The notes under the pieces were generated by a model. That model searched no databases. It saw nothing but the letters and a program-made list of their open reading frames with translations, and was not told where the DNA came from. This document shows, piece by piece, positions 14,075 to 33,100 of a stretch of 64,000 bases of DNA. Origin of the DNA: Chlorokybus atmophyticus (lineage: Eukaryota > Plantae > Mesostigma and Chlorokybus algae); contig RHPI01003041.1 of NCBI GenBank assembly GCA_009103225.1, positions 401,001-465,000 of the forward strand. The letters are read 5' to 3'. The position numbers were made by a program, and so were the translations under genes. The first letter of the stretch is position 1; the number at the start of each line of letters is the position of its first letter.

Positions 14075-15599
14075 GCTGAATGCCACCAACACGACCGCCC
14101 CACCCCTAGTTACGTATCTCAGAGAGTGAGAGACGCGTGACGTAACGGAGCTGCTGTAAAGAGCGTATCCCTGGCAGGCGAATTTCTTGCCGTGTGTTTT
14201 CTAGTGGATTACGCACCGTAACTTACGGTGCCGAGCAAAGCTGGTGGCAGGCTGGCTCGAACGCCGCTCCGCCGCTCACACCCGCCCGGCTTTTCCACGT
14301 CAGCCTGGGCGGGTGATGAGTCTCCCTGCCAATACAAACTCATGTGCCATACATCATGGACCATAATTCATTGCCCAGTCCGCATGCACGCGTATCTCGT
14401 TACCGGCACATGATATGGTCCCAATGGACTATAGACCAGTGGTTTACCAATGACACTGGTACACCGGATGAAAGTGGAACGAGTGGTGCGGCTGATTGGG
14501 CGGGGCGGCAATAGGGCACACGCAAACCTCCACCCCCCAAGGGCATCACATACGGCACCCGCGACTGCCGGGCTGCGCGGCCCGCATGCCGCTCATTGGC
14601 TAAGCGGCGTTTATCATCTATCAACCGTTCGATCTGTCAAATATAGATTTTGATCGTTCAAAGCACATCCCCATTTCATGCAATTGCTCAGAATATATGC
14701 AAATGAATATCAATAATGAGCACAATGTGCACGATGCACATGCCGGCATATTGTTGCATGTGGCTCACATAATTTTGAGATGTAACACACTTATTTAAGG
14801 TGGCAAAACAGTATCTTTGATGTGTTGCAATATGAAGCACATATGTTGCGATATGGTGCAATATGGCTAGCAACCTGCAGTTAAGTGTTACAAAACTTAG
14901 TGTTCAACGTAACGTTCACGCCACGGTACCTGCTAAGATATTCAGTAATGAATGCCAAGGTTACAACCATCAAAATAATGCTAACTTGAATTCTCTTAAC
15001 ATTAAGATTCAACTAAACGAAAAATTGCATCGTTAGGCCACCATTTGGTTACGCATGAATTTGATCAAATGGGATCGCTGCGGTGACAACAGCCGTCGCT
15101 GTAAAAGGCAGCGAATACGCCAATCATTGCAGAGATGCATAAAAGATGCTGAAAACTATCTCAGCGGCAACTGCTTACCCAAGGCGACCTAACATCGCTA
15201 GGGATTCGGTGCAATTGCAGCACAGTTAATGGTTAAAATGGCCGCGTTTTTTGCGATACGAGGACGGGGCAGGCCTCATACCCCAAAGACATGCCGCCAC
15301 TACTCACCCTTATTCTAACTAATTCACTCTACCATTTCACGCTAATTGATTACACGCTATAGTTACTGCGTCATTAAACATGGTCAACAACCGAACCAAA
15401 TGTTTGCATACAATGGTGTTACCATACCCGTTCGCGGTGCCCCCCTTTCATAGAATTATAGGATTATAACATGGTAACCCCTCAAATTTATTATGGACGG
15501 GAGGTTTATTGTATCGGGGGGCGCTCTATTAGGAAGGGGGCAATGAATCACATTAAACTTACGCTGATTAACCGTATTTAATTGCATTCATCACAAGTG

Positions 15600-15667
15600 A
15601 ATGTCACAAAATTTGCCACATAATCGTGACACTCAAGTCACGATTATGTGACAAATATTATCACATT
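15600..15667. repeat. Foldback inverted repeat (31-bp arms, 6-nt loop)
   Basis: Arm 15600-15630 matches the reverse complement of 15637-15667 at 27/31 positions; the inner 14 bp (CACATAATCGTGAC) are perfect; loop ACTCAA. Confidence 0.8.
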
Positions 15668-16816
15668 GAGTGTACCTTATTGTAATGAATGTGCCATCTT
15701 ATAGACGGGGAGCACTATATACGAGAAGGGGCATGGTGTAGCCTAACAGCGTGCCACCCTTTAACATTCAGGGGGATAATTGTAACAATAAGGGGCGTTA
15801 GAACGCGTAGGTACGATATGTGTGCTAAAGTGTCTCTTAGGTACTTTTATATGTACATGACCAAGTGATTAATTGACACTGTAGCATAGCATACAAACCA
15901 GCATGCAACGCACGGATCAAGTGGCGCAACTACACAAGCAAGTTAGCGTTAAAGAAGTGCACAAGCATACACACGGGCAATAAGCAAGTAGTCGGCAAGT
16001 ATTACATCACACAAGAGCATTGTCTTTCTGCATTAGGCAAGCAGGCAGCAACAATTAGCAACAGACAAGTACAGTAGCTCAACCAACAAGGATGTGCTGA
16101 ACCCCGCAATAGCACCTCTATAACCAACGGCAACAGCAATATCAGAGGCTCACGTAAACACAATTTGTACTATCTCGTACATAGACAAGCGCCAACAGTG
16201 AGCACGTTGCGATGGGGCAACCTTTCATTATGGTCTCCTCATCCTTAACTTCCCCAAATTAAGGTTAAGGTTTACACGCCCGCCTTACGACTCACAACGG
16301 CCAGCAAAGCGATGTAAATTCAGGATTGCCTGTGAATACCCACAATTGGGGTGGTTGAGGAACACCATGACCAAGCAACGTGTTGGCGTTAATAGCATGG
16401 CAGGTGTAGTCACGCAGCATGACCAAACATGTCAACAAACATAGGGACACTTGCGTGCTCCCCTCATGGTTTTGTAGCTTGCATGATAGCATGATACCTA
16501 AACATGCGCCCATATTACAGTGTATGAGCTGTGAACATGTGGAAGTGGGGGGGAGGTACGGTTTTTTTTGTTCATTGCCTGATTGTTCATTATCAAATTC
16601 GCATGTAGTTGTTAACATGGATACGTGCATACAACTTGTGAATGTTTTAAAATAATATAACATGTAAGTCGTATCAATTTATACTCATCCACCACTGGGT
16701 TGTGCACAGTTGCTAGCAGCACATATATCTAGCAACTTGCAATGTTGTGAGAGGAAACCATGCCGACCATCACAGTTTGCATGGCAGCATATCATCCCCC
16801 CCTGGACTTACCGTAA

Positions 16817-16923
16817 NNNNNNNNNNNNNNNNNNNNNNNNNNNNNNNNNNNNNNNNNNNNNNNNNNNNNNNNNNNNNNNNNNNNNNNNNNNNNNNNNNNN
16901 NNNNNNNNNNNNNNNNNNNNNNN
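16817..16923. other. Assembly gap (107 N)
   Basis: Run of N in the sequence. Confidence 1.
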
Positions 16924-17564
16924 GGTATATGGATATGCATTAATGTAATGCGCCAAACAAAAGGCTCTATACCGAGGGATTCATACGAGAGAAATGCGTT
17001 AAATGTGCTGAACTGCTTGAGCACTTATGCTTATGTATTGAACGCATCGGCATTGCAAGCGCTTTTCACCACACTTGCTGAAGTCTTCTCATACTACCTC
17101 TCGGTAGACACCTCTCCAAAATCGTCCCCAACACAGAAGTGGGGAGGGGGAAGGACGATTCTATGGTTTGGGAGAACAAGCTGTCGAGGAGATATCAGCA
17201 TCATCGTGCAATGTATGTGAGCAAGATCGTCGTCCATGTGACAAAGCTAATGGACACTCGGTGTTCTTGACGCAATGACGTCACTGGCCACCGAACAACC
17301 AGCCAATGACCTACCATACATCAGCATACACCAGTTCCATTGGCAAGTTCACTGTCTTGTCAACAGTTCTGTTCGTGCGTGTGGTTGCCTTGAGCATGTA
17401 GCCATGGATAGCTTTCCATCATGCTACCAACTTAGTTGGCATGTCCGATGTGTGTACTGATACAATGTGCATTAAGAATGCTCATCTTACTAGTGCTAAC
17501 TACTTTATGAGCTACATACTTGGTCAGTTGCAAGCACCCGCTACGGGACGGGCTACTACTATAG

Positions 17565-22452
<4,888 letters not shown>

Positions 22453-22542
22453 TGCTCACGCCTGAAAACCGCACAATGCCTTCTGCTACGCCGCCAGCTA
22501 TGCCGCCGCCCGCCTCAGAGCTCAGCTCTGCCTAACAGCCGT

Positions 22543-22579
22543 TTTCCCGCCAAATCGCTATCGCTATCTTGGCGGGAAA
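22543..22579. promoter_or_regulatory. Inverted pair of E2F-binding sites in the MCM2/TOP3A bidirectional promoter
   Basis: TTTCCCGCCAA (22543-22553) and TTGGCGGGAAA (22569-22579) form a perfect 11-bp inverted repeat; both match the E2F consensus TTTSSCGC; located 91 bp upstream of the MCM2 ATG. Confidence 0.75.
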
Positions 22580-23092
22580 GCCGACAGAATGTAACAAACT
22601 GTGGCGTTCCACTTCACCTCCGGCCTGCCGTTACACCCACAGCTTTGACATTGCCGCCAACGAGGTGCAGACGGAGGCCGCGCTTGCGGTGGCTGCACCG
22701 GTGGACCAACTTGCGGCTCAGTCTACGCTACTGCTCCTGACATGGAGCAACACGTCAAGCAGTGATGAGTGTAGCCAGCTAGGCAAGCTCGGCAGCTAGT
22801 TGGGCTAGTGCTTGCTGCATTTCACAGACACAGTTAGCGGTTCTGCGTTTCCATGTCACACACTCCAACTTAGCGGATGTTTGCATTGCAAAGCAGCCTG
22901 CAGCAGTGCCTTACACTGTTTACTACACAGCATACAGCTTAGGCATGATTCATGCCGCACGTTTGTTGAAGCCTGACGGCTGAGCTGACAACGAGTCACT
23001 TCTTACGCATGCCTGCTTGATGGCCGCACTGAAAGCTGAGGCTGCTTTCAAGCTGGGCTCAGCAGCAACGGTAGCAGCAGCTGCTGCTGACC

Positions 23093-26000
23093 ATGCCTAT
23101 CCGCGCGCTCAATGTGGCAGAAAAGCCGTCCGTGGCAAAGGAGGTGGGCTAGATTGTGTTGGTCGATGTGACTTGCTACAAGTTGTGAGGCTGTTCTCTT
23201 CTTAACTGGTGTAAGTGTGCGCTTGCCTATTTGCACAAGTGCAGGTGGCAAGGATCTTGAGCCATGGCCAAATGCAAACCCGCGATGGTTTCAGCCAGTA
23301 CAATCGCGTATTCGATTTCGATTATCAAATTAACGGCCAGGTGAGGAGCTATCCGTGTGCGTCATTTTGAATTCTCACTTAGCGCGTATTCAGGCGTATG
23401 TACCGAAAGCATCTTGCAGCACTGCATGCGTATTGTGCTGGTAAATATAACAGCAGCACACAGTTAACTGCATGCGTTCATCGTTGCTCCGTCAAGATAC
23501 TGCGTGCATTCATCATTGCATTGCTGACCAGCAGCCTGCTCACTGCAGAACATGGAGATGATGATGACCAGCGTTACTGGCCATCTCATGGAGCTGGAGT
23601 TTGATGCTGCATACAAGAAGTGGACAGCTTGCCAGCCGGTTGTACTGTTTGATGCACACGTGCGCAAGCAAGTGGCCAAGGTTAGCGTAATTATGCTTGC
23701 ATAATCTGCAGCGCAACACGTCAAGGGCACACATTATGTTACGCGTGTTTCCCAAGTAAGCATGCTGTCATTATTGCATATGTTCAATAGTTACAGCGTT
23801 GTATGTGACAGACTTGGCATGGGTTCTCTTGTAGTGGTAGCATGTTGTCCGTGATTCCAGTCACCATGTGCGTGGTGCCATTTGCATGCGGTAGTGCTCT
23901 CAACATAGCACCCAGCACTTTTGTAATCCACAGGACAAGCTACCATTGGAAAAGACGTTGCAGCGTGAAGCTCGCAGGGCGCAATGGCTTGTGCTATGGC
24001 TGGATTGTGACCGAGAAGGCGAGAACATTGCTTTTGAAGTGATTGAAGTGTGCAAAGGAGCGAACCCACGTCTGCAGGTGATCCCAGCTGGAGTGGTGTT
24101 GAAACTATGGTCTCTGCGGGCCTAATTTGCGAGTGTGCTGCTGTATGGAGTGCAGGTTTTTCGAGCAAGGTTCTCTGCTCTGATTCCGAGAGACATTGAG
24201 ATGGCTGCTCAAAACCTACAGGTGATGCATTTGGTTTCTGTGCTACTGGTGGTACAGTGCATACACGTTATAGGGCTGCACACACTTGTAGACTTGTAGT
24301 TGTTGTTGAAGCTGTGCACCAAGGCATTCATACCTGCTTGCAGTGACACATGAGTGCATGCTTGCACCATGTACAGCATGCCCTGTCCTTGAGTGACACA
24401 AGTATTTGCATGGTGGGCTTGTTGCTTCCACGCCTTGCACTGTTGCTGTTGTTTTAAAAGGTGTACCGCTGATATTGGCATTGCTTTCACAGGCACCAGA
24501 TGAGCGCGCAGCTGCCGCGGTGGACGCTCGACAGGAGATAGACCTTCGCATTGGAGCAGCGTTCACGCGGTTCCAGACATTGCTCCTGCAGGTTGGTGCA
24601 ACTGCCAGCCGCAAACCCAGGGTTCTGTTGTGGTGGCCGAAGGTGACCTGAGGTGTGCAGGATAGGTTTGACATGCCTGAAGAGTTCAAGGCATCCATTA
24701 TCAGCTACGGGCCCTGCCAGTTCCCAACGCTGGGCTTTGTTGTTGAGCGTTACTGGCAGATCAAAGCACACGTCCCCGAGGACTTCTGGCGCATAACTTT
24801 CAAGTAAAGCAGCTGCCGTTCTAACATGCGTAAGACAACTCACAAGACACACGATTCAACATAAACGCGCAGTATATTGCAGGTACGTTGACCCTGTTGA
24901 CAATATCCCGTGCCACTTTGACTGGGCGAGGGGACGCCTATTTGACCATGCAGCTGCCACAGTTTTGTATGAGATGTGTGTTGAGGACACCCTGGCAACC
25001 GTTGTGGACGTGAAAGGAAGCGAGCGCAAAAAGTATCCTCCTTTTCCTTTGAACACAGTTGAACTGCAGAAGCGCGCGTCCAGGTATGCACACAGAGTAG
25101 TATTGCATACTGATAAGCGTTATACATAGTGCTTACAACAGAACTTGTAAAGGTATCTGCGCCTCGGGTCAGAGACTGTAATGAAGATTGCAGAGGAGTT
25201 GTACCAAGAGGGTTACATCAGCTATCCCAGGACAGAAACGGATAGGTTGGCGGTGAAGGCTGCAATTACTGTAGCTTGCTCGCCTTTGTAAACCTTTGTG
25301 TGCGTCTGGTGGTCGATGTGACACATTTTATGTGCGTGTGCAGCTTTCCACAAAACATGGACCTTCGCGCAGTAGTGGCGGAGCATCAACACAACCCGGA
25401 GTGGGGTCAGTATGCCCAGCGCCTGTTGGATCCGCAGGGAGGACTATGGAGGAATCCAGCCAATGGTGGACACAATGATCAAGCGCATCCTCCGATTGGG
25501 CCTACAAAGGTTGGTATCACCTCCGCCACAAGCACAGGGCTTGGCGTATTGTACACACATAGCAACTGATGATGACAATTGCCTGTGTGACAACAGCCTG
25601 CAGCCGCCGGCATGGTCCAGTGGTCGGAAAACAAATGGAGGCTGTACGAGTTTATTGTCCGCCACTTTCTTGCGTGCGCCTCAATGCCAGCCATTGGCTA
25701 TGAAACCGTGGTAGACATCAGCATATCTGGAGAGGGGTTTACGGCACGTGGCATGATGATTACCGCTCGCAACTATCTGGACGTGTATCGTTACGAAAAG
25801 TAAGTATGGAAGGAAGTGTGTTGGCTAGTGTCTACAGCGCCTTGCCGTCTAACTGTGATCCGTCACATTGTTCGTTGTCAATTGTACGTTGTCTGTGAAT
25901 TGTTGCCACTACACATGCATGCATGTTCAGCATGTGGAGTTGTATGTGGTGTAGCTTTTAACTACATCATATCCATGAAGTGGTCCTTACAAGCACTGCA

Positions 26001-28209
26001 TTGGACGCACAGCACTGAAACTGTTGTCTGCAGTTGGGGAGATCGAAGCTTGCCAAGCTTCCACCCAGGTCAACAGTTCATGCCGACAGCGCTGGAGTTG
26101 GCTCAATCACAGACAGAACCACCCCACCTGCTGAGTGAGTCAGAACTCATTGGCTTGATGGACACCAACGGCATCGGCACAGATGCCACAATGCATGACC
26201 ACATCAAGACCATAACAAAGCGGTATGACACATTACCTTGGCGTGCATGGGCATGCATCCCTTGCGAGCATTTCTGTGCGCGCGTGTGTGTCTGTGCTGC
26301 TTAACTTACAAGTCTGTGCATTGCGCTTCAAAGAAACTATGCAATCAAGAACAACAGGCAACAATTTACGCCTACTCCACTTGGTGAAGCCTTGGTGCTG
26401 GGCTACGATGCTATGGGTTACGACTTATGGAAACCAGCGTTGCGGGCTGCCATGGAGGCAGACATGAAGCGCGTTGGGGTTGGTTCCAAGACCAAGCAGG
26501 CAGCTGTGCTTGAGTGCCTGACGATAATGAAGCAGACCTTCTCTCAAGCCAATGCGCAGAAAGACAAACTGCTAGAGGCCATGACGCAGTTCTTTGCACC
26601 AGCAGCAGGGAATCATCATGCAAACAACAGCGGCCACAATGGTGCTCAGGGCGGATCAGCCGGGGAGTTTGTGCGAGCATGCCCAATGTGCAATTGCAAC
26701 TTCCTTCTCCGCCAGCGTCCCGAAAATGGCAAGTTCTTCATAGGCTGCTCAGGCTTCCCGCAGTGCAGAAACGTCCTTTGGCTGCCCACTGCAACGCTCG
26801 AAACGCAGGTACTAGTACGCAAGAAACCTGATCATGCATGGGTTTCCTTGCCTGTTCTCATGCTGTGTTGTTCTTGTGCGTTGCGGTAGGTAACAACGGA
26901 GACTTGCGCAATGTGCCAACCAGCGCCTGTGTACATGGTGCGGTTCAAATTCAATCGAGTGAGCTTGCCGCTCAGCATGGGCCATATGGTCAATTATGTT
27001 GGGTGTGTCGGCTGCGATGGTCCGCTGCTTGACTTGTTTGAGATGTGCAACTATGGCGGCCCTGGTGGAGGAGGTGGCGGTGGCGGTGGTGGCGGCCCAG
27101 GTTTGTGTTAGCTGACCTCTGGGTGCCTATGATTTGGTTGGCAATGGAGCACATGTACGTTCAAAAATGCATACATGCACGCGTGACGCACACATGCAGG
27201 CACGCACAGAACAAAACACACTCACACATATGCCCACGTATGCTTGAACCCGCAGCACGTGTGCATGCACACACGCGCCCTGAAAGCGAACCTGATCTGT
27301 CATGCAGGCAATGGTGGAGGGGGCAACAGTCGACCGCCAGGAGGCTCCGCGCCATTTGCGGTTCCCACTCAGAACGCGGCTGCACGGGCCTCTGCTAGCA
27401 CCAACCACCATAGACCTGCTCCTGCACCTGCACCCTCAACAACTGCACCATCCCAGGCTCGGCCTGCAGCCCGCGCGCCACCCTTCAACCCTTACCAGCC
27501 CGCACCCAATCACGGCTTTCAACCCGCCAGCAACCTCAACATGTTCCCGGGAGGTACACTGCGTGTAATGACTGCACAAGTACACATGTAATTGGGCTGG
27601 CTTGCACACTCACACGCATACGTACTCGGCAGGTGGGTACCAGGCAGCAGCAGATGGTAGCGGCTTCCCCAGCAGCTCTCATCATCCAAGGTCTGGGCCT
27701 GGTTCAGCGAGGAGAGGCGGTCAACAAGAGACTGGCAACAGAGGCACGGCTCGCCGTGGCGCGCAGCCCACAGGACACAGTGCGATCCCGCACTGCAACT
27801 GCGGCACACCTGCAACAGAACGCACTGCCAACACAGCCACCAACCCCAACCGAGTTTTCTACACGTGCAACGTGTGCCACTATTTCCAGTGGAGAGACGA
27901 ACTTGGCAATGCAGGTGTGTGTATGTGTATGCTCTTCATGCTTGCTCGGAAGGGGGGGTCAACTGCTTGTGGGCTGAAGTGTATGCATGCATGCTTCCAG
28001 CCAGGAGCAACGCGGCAACGGGTGCAAGCAGAAATCGCAGCGGCAGCCAAAGCGCGGCACGCGGAGCGCGAGGTAGAGGGCGGGGAAGAGCGGGGAAGGC
28101 GAGGGGAGGAGCTGGTCGCGCCTCGGCGTCCGCATCATCGGGCTGCTTCAAGTGTGGGGAGCAGGGCCATTTCGCCAGTGGTTGTCCCAATCAGCACAAC
28201 TTTATGTGA
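23093..28209 (+). CDS. TOP3A: DNA topoisomerase III alpha, multi-exon
   Basis: [17 protein letters not shown] (Toprim), [79 protein letters not shown] (catalytic Tyr), [44 protein letters not shown]4 zinc ribbon [15 protein letters not shown] finger [22 protein letters not shown] knuckle [14 protein letters not shown]; stop ends at 28209. Confidence 0.96.
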
Positions 28210-29104
28210 GCAAACGAGGCACACAATACCAACATGCACCATGCAGAAACTGCAGTCACTCATCCATACTGTATAGTACTAAAAGCCCGTTGATCACATC
28301 TGTAGCAATTGAAGCTGAATGCACATGCCTGACAGCATGCGCCGAATGGATTATCCACTCTCATATTTTGATGTTAACCTTCAACCATGCTGTTCCGGGA
28401 GATGCGTTGCATGCAGCCAAGCCTGGCAGGCAGGGTGAGGGCGCCAAGGTCTGCGTGCTGAAGCATGTGCATGTGTGCATAGGAATGCACTTCCAAGGTA
28501 GGTCCTGGTAAACATACTCTGCATGGTGCAGCAACCCCATGTGTTGAGCACAGCCATGTTGATGTGTGGACATTGTCAGGTCCATGTCATCAACGGAACA
28601 TGCAGGTGCGTTGCTAGGGTTACCTCAATGTTGGAAATGTGCTTACAATTACTTGTCACTATGACAAAGCTTTTGTAAGTGCAATGTCTGAGTAACCAAC
28701 CACATTTTGCGCGGATACCACCATCCAGAGTACAGCATTATTGCAATGGTACAGCTGGCAGAACCAAGTGTACTGTCAATGAGGTTTGACAACTGTGGTG
28801 CAGCAGAGTAGGTACAGCCTGCACCTACAGAACAATACTGGCTACTGCACTTCGCGCAAAGTTGGCCTGCTGCTTGGTGGTTGGTAAGTGTCGTGGCAGC
28901 TTCAATGTTCATCAAAAGGGCGTTGCTCTCTGTCCAGAAGATGGACAAGCTGTGATTGAAAGATGCACAAAGCAGTCAAGCACATCTGATGACGATGTTG
29001 GGCGGAGTTGACATATTGCTGCTGAGTGTTACTACCCATAATATCCGTGCGCAATGCAGTTGATGCGCTCAACTACATTGGGCGTGGCCGGTGATTTGGA
29101 CATA

Positions 29105-29445
29105 CCGTATTTACCCGGATAGAAGCCCTCCCCGAATACAAACTGCCCTGGCAAAATAGGGTTGGGGGCTCGTATAAACACTTACAAGGCTCCAAGACCG
29201 TTTACAAGCCCCCACATGACTCAATGGTCCCCGATTGTGCTGCCTGGGTTACACTTGACGCGCGTGAATTTTACTGCCCTGCGTGGGACACGCGCGCAAC
29301 AAGTGACTCAGCCAATTCAGCGAATCTCGCGCCGAGTAGAAGCCCCCCCTTTCCAATAAAAGCCACCTCCCCCAAGTACAAGCTTCCTTCATTAAAAAGG
29401 GTGGAGGGCTTTGTAAAAAGGGGGCTTCTAACCGAGCAAATACCG
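29105..29445. mobile_element. Tc1/mariner(pogo)-type MITE, 341 bp, TA target-site duplication
   Basis: Left end TA|CCGTATTTACCCGGATAGAAGCCC and reverse-complemented right end TA|CGGTATTTGCTCGGTTAGAAGCCC match at 20/24; TA on both flanks (29103-29104, 29446-29447); no transposase ORF. Confidence 0.7.
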
Positions 29446-30118
29446 TACTGATTGTCTCCGCATGCTTGCTGATGCTGTTTTTTGATTACATCTGGCCCTA
29501 TCCGTGAGTTTGCTTGCTTGCCTTATCCAAACTCTCATATCAGTCATGCTACATGACAAACTACCCCATCTGAAGTCAAGTGCGCAGTAGCTCATGCCAG
29601 ACAGGGAGTGTAGGCAGGTAGGGGGAAAGGGGCGTATGCAAATGCAAGTACCAACCACGACATATGCAAAGACTGTGGCAGGATGACTCGGCAACATCCA
29701 CAGCAACCACAACTTCCACTCTCTATACAACATCACAACGCAAATGTGCCATGGGCGGACGGGGCAGGGAGTTGGCAGGAGCTGTCAGGCAGAAGGCAAC
29801 GTTAGAGTTAGACACAGCAACAGTAGCATGTGCGCTGGGCCCCACAGCAGCACATCGAGCAGGTAAAGGTAGCAGCCAAAAGGCAGCACATGACATGCAC
29901 ACTCCAATGACAGCCATTCCATCCGCAATGAGAACATTTGATGATGACAGGTCTATACCACCTGCCATGGTGTACTTGATATAGCGGATAAACACCGTTC
30001 TGTCAATGCTGCCAAAAACGCATTGACAAGGGCCTGAGAATGGTCAGACCCTGCGTACCACAACAGGCAAAACTGCTGCAATAGTCGTGTGCAACTCCAA
30101 AATTGTGGAAGTTCAACT

Positions 30119-33100
30119 TCAGTCCGTTCTGGCTTTCAGGGTGACGGTGAGAGTCTCGCCCAGCTGGGGTGACGCCATTTTGTGGCCTCGGTGTGCGACC
30201 CAGAAGGATGCGTACATGTTCACGCGATCCAAAAAGTCCCGCCCACTGCCATTGTTCCTCGCAACGCATGTCACTGCCAAGGCAAACAAGGCGACACATT
30301 ATCAGATGAGACTGCAGGCGCATTCACTTTCAACCAGATCAGTGAACTGGCACCAGACCGACAGCAATTGTGCCCAGTGATGCTAATGTTGATTGTTACC
30401 TTCAAATCCGGCCTTTCTGATAAGCTCAGCATAAGGCGGGTTGAGGGATGCGCTGCGCCAGATCACGCGACCGCCAGGGACAACATGTTTGCGAAGGGCG
30501 CTGGCCAGCTCCTTGCCTGCTGTCTCATCCAGCCAGTCGACATGATCCATCAGGATTACCTGCCAACAAAATAACCAAATATTACACTTGGCACAGTAAA
30601 CGGCTGTACACTACTCTGGCTGAGGTGGGATTGCACTTACCTTGGTGTACATCCGCTGCCGAAGTACATCAAGGAAGCGACCCGTGACAACCGTCACATG
30701 GTCTGCAACACCCTGCATGAGGCGCTTGTGCTCGGCCTCCTGCAGATAGCGAGGACAGCACTGCTTGGTGAAGCGGCCAGTCAGGCAGACCTGCAATCAA
30801 GAAAGCTATGTCAGCCAACACACTTACACGTACCAAAACAACAACCAACACCATACACAATCAGGGTAAGAGAACTGCAGAGCAACATACCAGGTAGAAG
30901 TGGTTTTCAGTGGCGAGGTGCGAGTTGTAGGCAACGCCACGCAGTGCTCGTGCAGCGTAATCGCAGATGTGCACCTTGTCATTTGCGATGAGTTCAAGTT
31001 GCTGTCGCGGTACACCCGCGCACAGCCACATCACAAAGCGGTTCATCATCACCACCGTCCACACAGTGTACACCCATGAGTAAAGCAACCTGAGAGACAG
31101 TCAGGTAAGCATATTGCCAGATTGTACACACAACGCGCAACACATCAAGCAATGACTAACCGTGGGCCAGAGCGGCAAAAGCTTGTCACCCATGACGATC
31201 GCCACATCTTTTGCTGGTCCTCTAATGTGGGTGCAGTGACCAGCTGGCGTACGCGTCCCGTCATGCCGCAGACCATGCACAGTATCCGAATGAACCAGAT
31301 CAAGTTGCCCATTCCCCCATAGTAGTACAAACCCCTGTTAAAGTAGTGGAGCCGACTAGCCCAGAATGTGCGCGCACCCTGCAAGAAGTTAAGGTGAGGA
31401 TATTGCAACCATTGGTATAGATCTACGCAACTGATGTGTATGGGTAAATGTAATCACCTCGCTCAGGAAGGGTGCGAGATCTCGCTCAAAGATCTGGTCA
31501 ATGTTGGGATGGCGACCCTCGCCAAACATCAACCAGGTGTCCTCATATGGTAGTCGCCTGGAGGCTTGCAGTTTCAGCTCCAAGAGGAAGCTCTGCGCTG
31601 GATTCATGTCAACTGCCACCACCTGCTTTGCACCCTGCAAACACATTGGTAAAGTTAGATTTGGACACAGCTCGTCATTTGCATGCTACTCATGAATGGA
31701 GGTGAGTATCAACCTGAAGGGCCAGGTCCATAGCATTGTCTCCACCGCTGGTGAGTGTGAGCACGACGTCACCCGGGCCAGTTTCCATCACCGGGGCGTC
31801 CACATCAGGGTCCTCCCAGGACACCGAGTACAGGAAAGTGTTGGGAAACAGGAGAGGGGTCTCAGTCTTCTGTTCCGCTGGGGGAGCCACCAACACTGAA
31901 AGAAGGAGCAGTTTCAGTCAGTGCATTCTCTCTAACCAACAAGTCATCCGCACACGTTGCAGTGATGCTTACGTTGCCCTGGCAGTGGTTTCTGCCCAAT
32001 CCACATGTACCAAGGAGCGCGAAGAAAAGGCACATATGGTATGGAACCCTGCATTGCGGCCATGATGATGTCAGCCATAGTCAATGAGTGAGCACATGTG
32101 TGCGCCGTCACTGGCTATGCATTGACAAGTTATGACGTGAGCTTGCTCACCTGGCTGTTGTACTCTGAGACTCGTGTCAACCTGTAGTCCAGGTACTCGC
32201 GTCGCGCAGAGCTGAGGTTGATGTTGTCTGTGTCGAACACACACCTGCAGACCAAGCCAGCGTCTCGTAAGCACAATACAACGCAGAATAAGGTGTTACT
32301 GTCTACAGCGGATATCAGCCTCACCTCCAGAACCACCGCTGCAGGGTGCCATGCTGCCTCAGCGGCATGTCATACTTGCTGCTGACATAGAAGTCGGCAA
32401 CACTTAGGAACCCGCCCTCACGAAGATAGGACACGGCCTGATCCACTGCCGCGTGGAAGGGTGGAATCACTGTAACAGGCGAAAGAGTGTTAGACCAAAC
32501 AGCCAAGAGCAGGCAGTGTTTAAGCAGGCAGTGTCACGTACTTGTGAGCGAGTAGGAGAAAGTCACGAGGTCAGCTTGCAAGCCATTGGCTGGTGCAAAC
32601 AGGCAGGCATCCGCCTCAACAACCTCCACATTGCTCCAGTTGTTCTTGATGGCCTGCATGCCAAACAGCAGAGTGTTCAGCCAGGCAACCCAACCACAAG
32701 TCTGTCACATCTCAGAGCAAGCTGTAAATTCGTATCCGCACCTTCTCCTTTGCGACTTTGCACAGGGAAGGGCACAAGTCCACAATGTAGATCTTCTTGA
32801 AGTTGCTGAGCGGCATGTAGTCTGCCATCATGGCTACGTTTTCCTGCGAATGCAAGGTGTGAAGCAATGCTGAGAGCACACGCAATGCAAACTGGTTGCA
32901 GCTCAAGTGAATGGTTAATACACAACAACATACCCCGGTGCCTCCGCCCAAATCCACCCACACCGCACCATTCACGCCTGCATCTTTCAACCTGGCAGCA
33001 CTAGCAGCCAGCATTGGCCTGCGGCCCCACAGGAAGGACGACCTGAACCTGTCATCTGTGCAGTTGCAAAAGCCATGAGACACATGAGCTTCACATTTGC

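Noticed and set aside
16817-16923. ORFs spanning the N gap
   Set aside because: Reading frames through unknown bases are not evidence.
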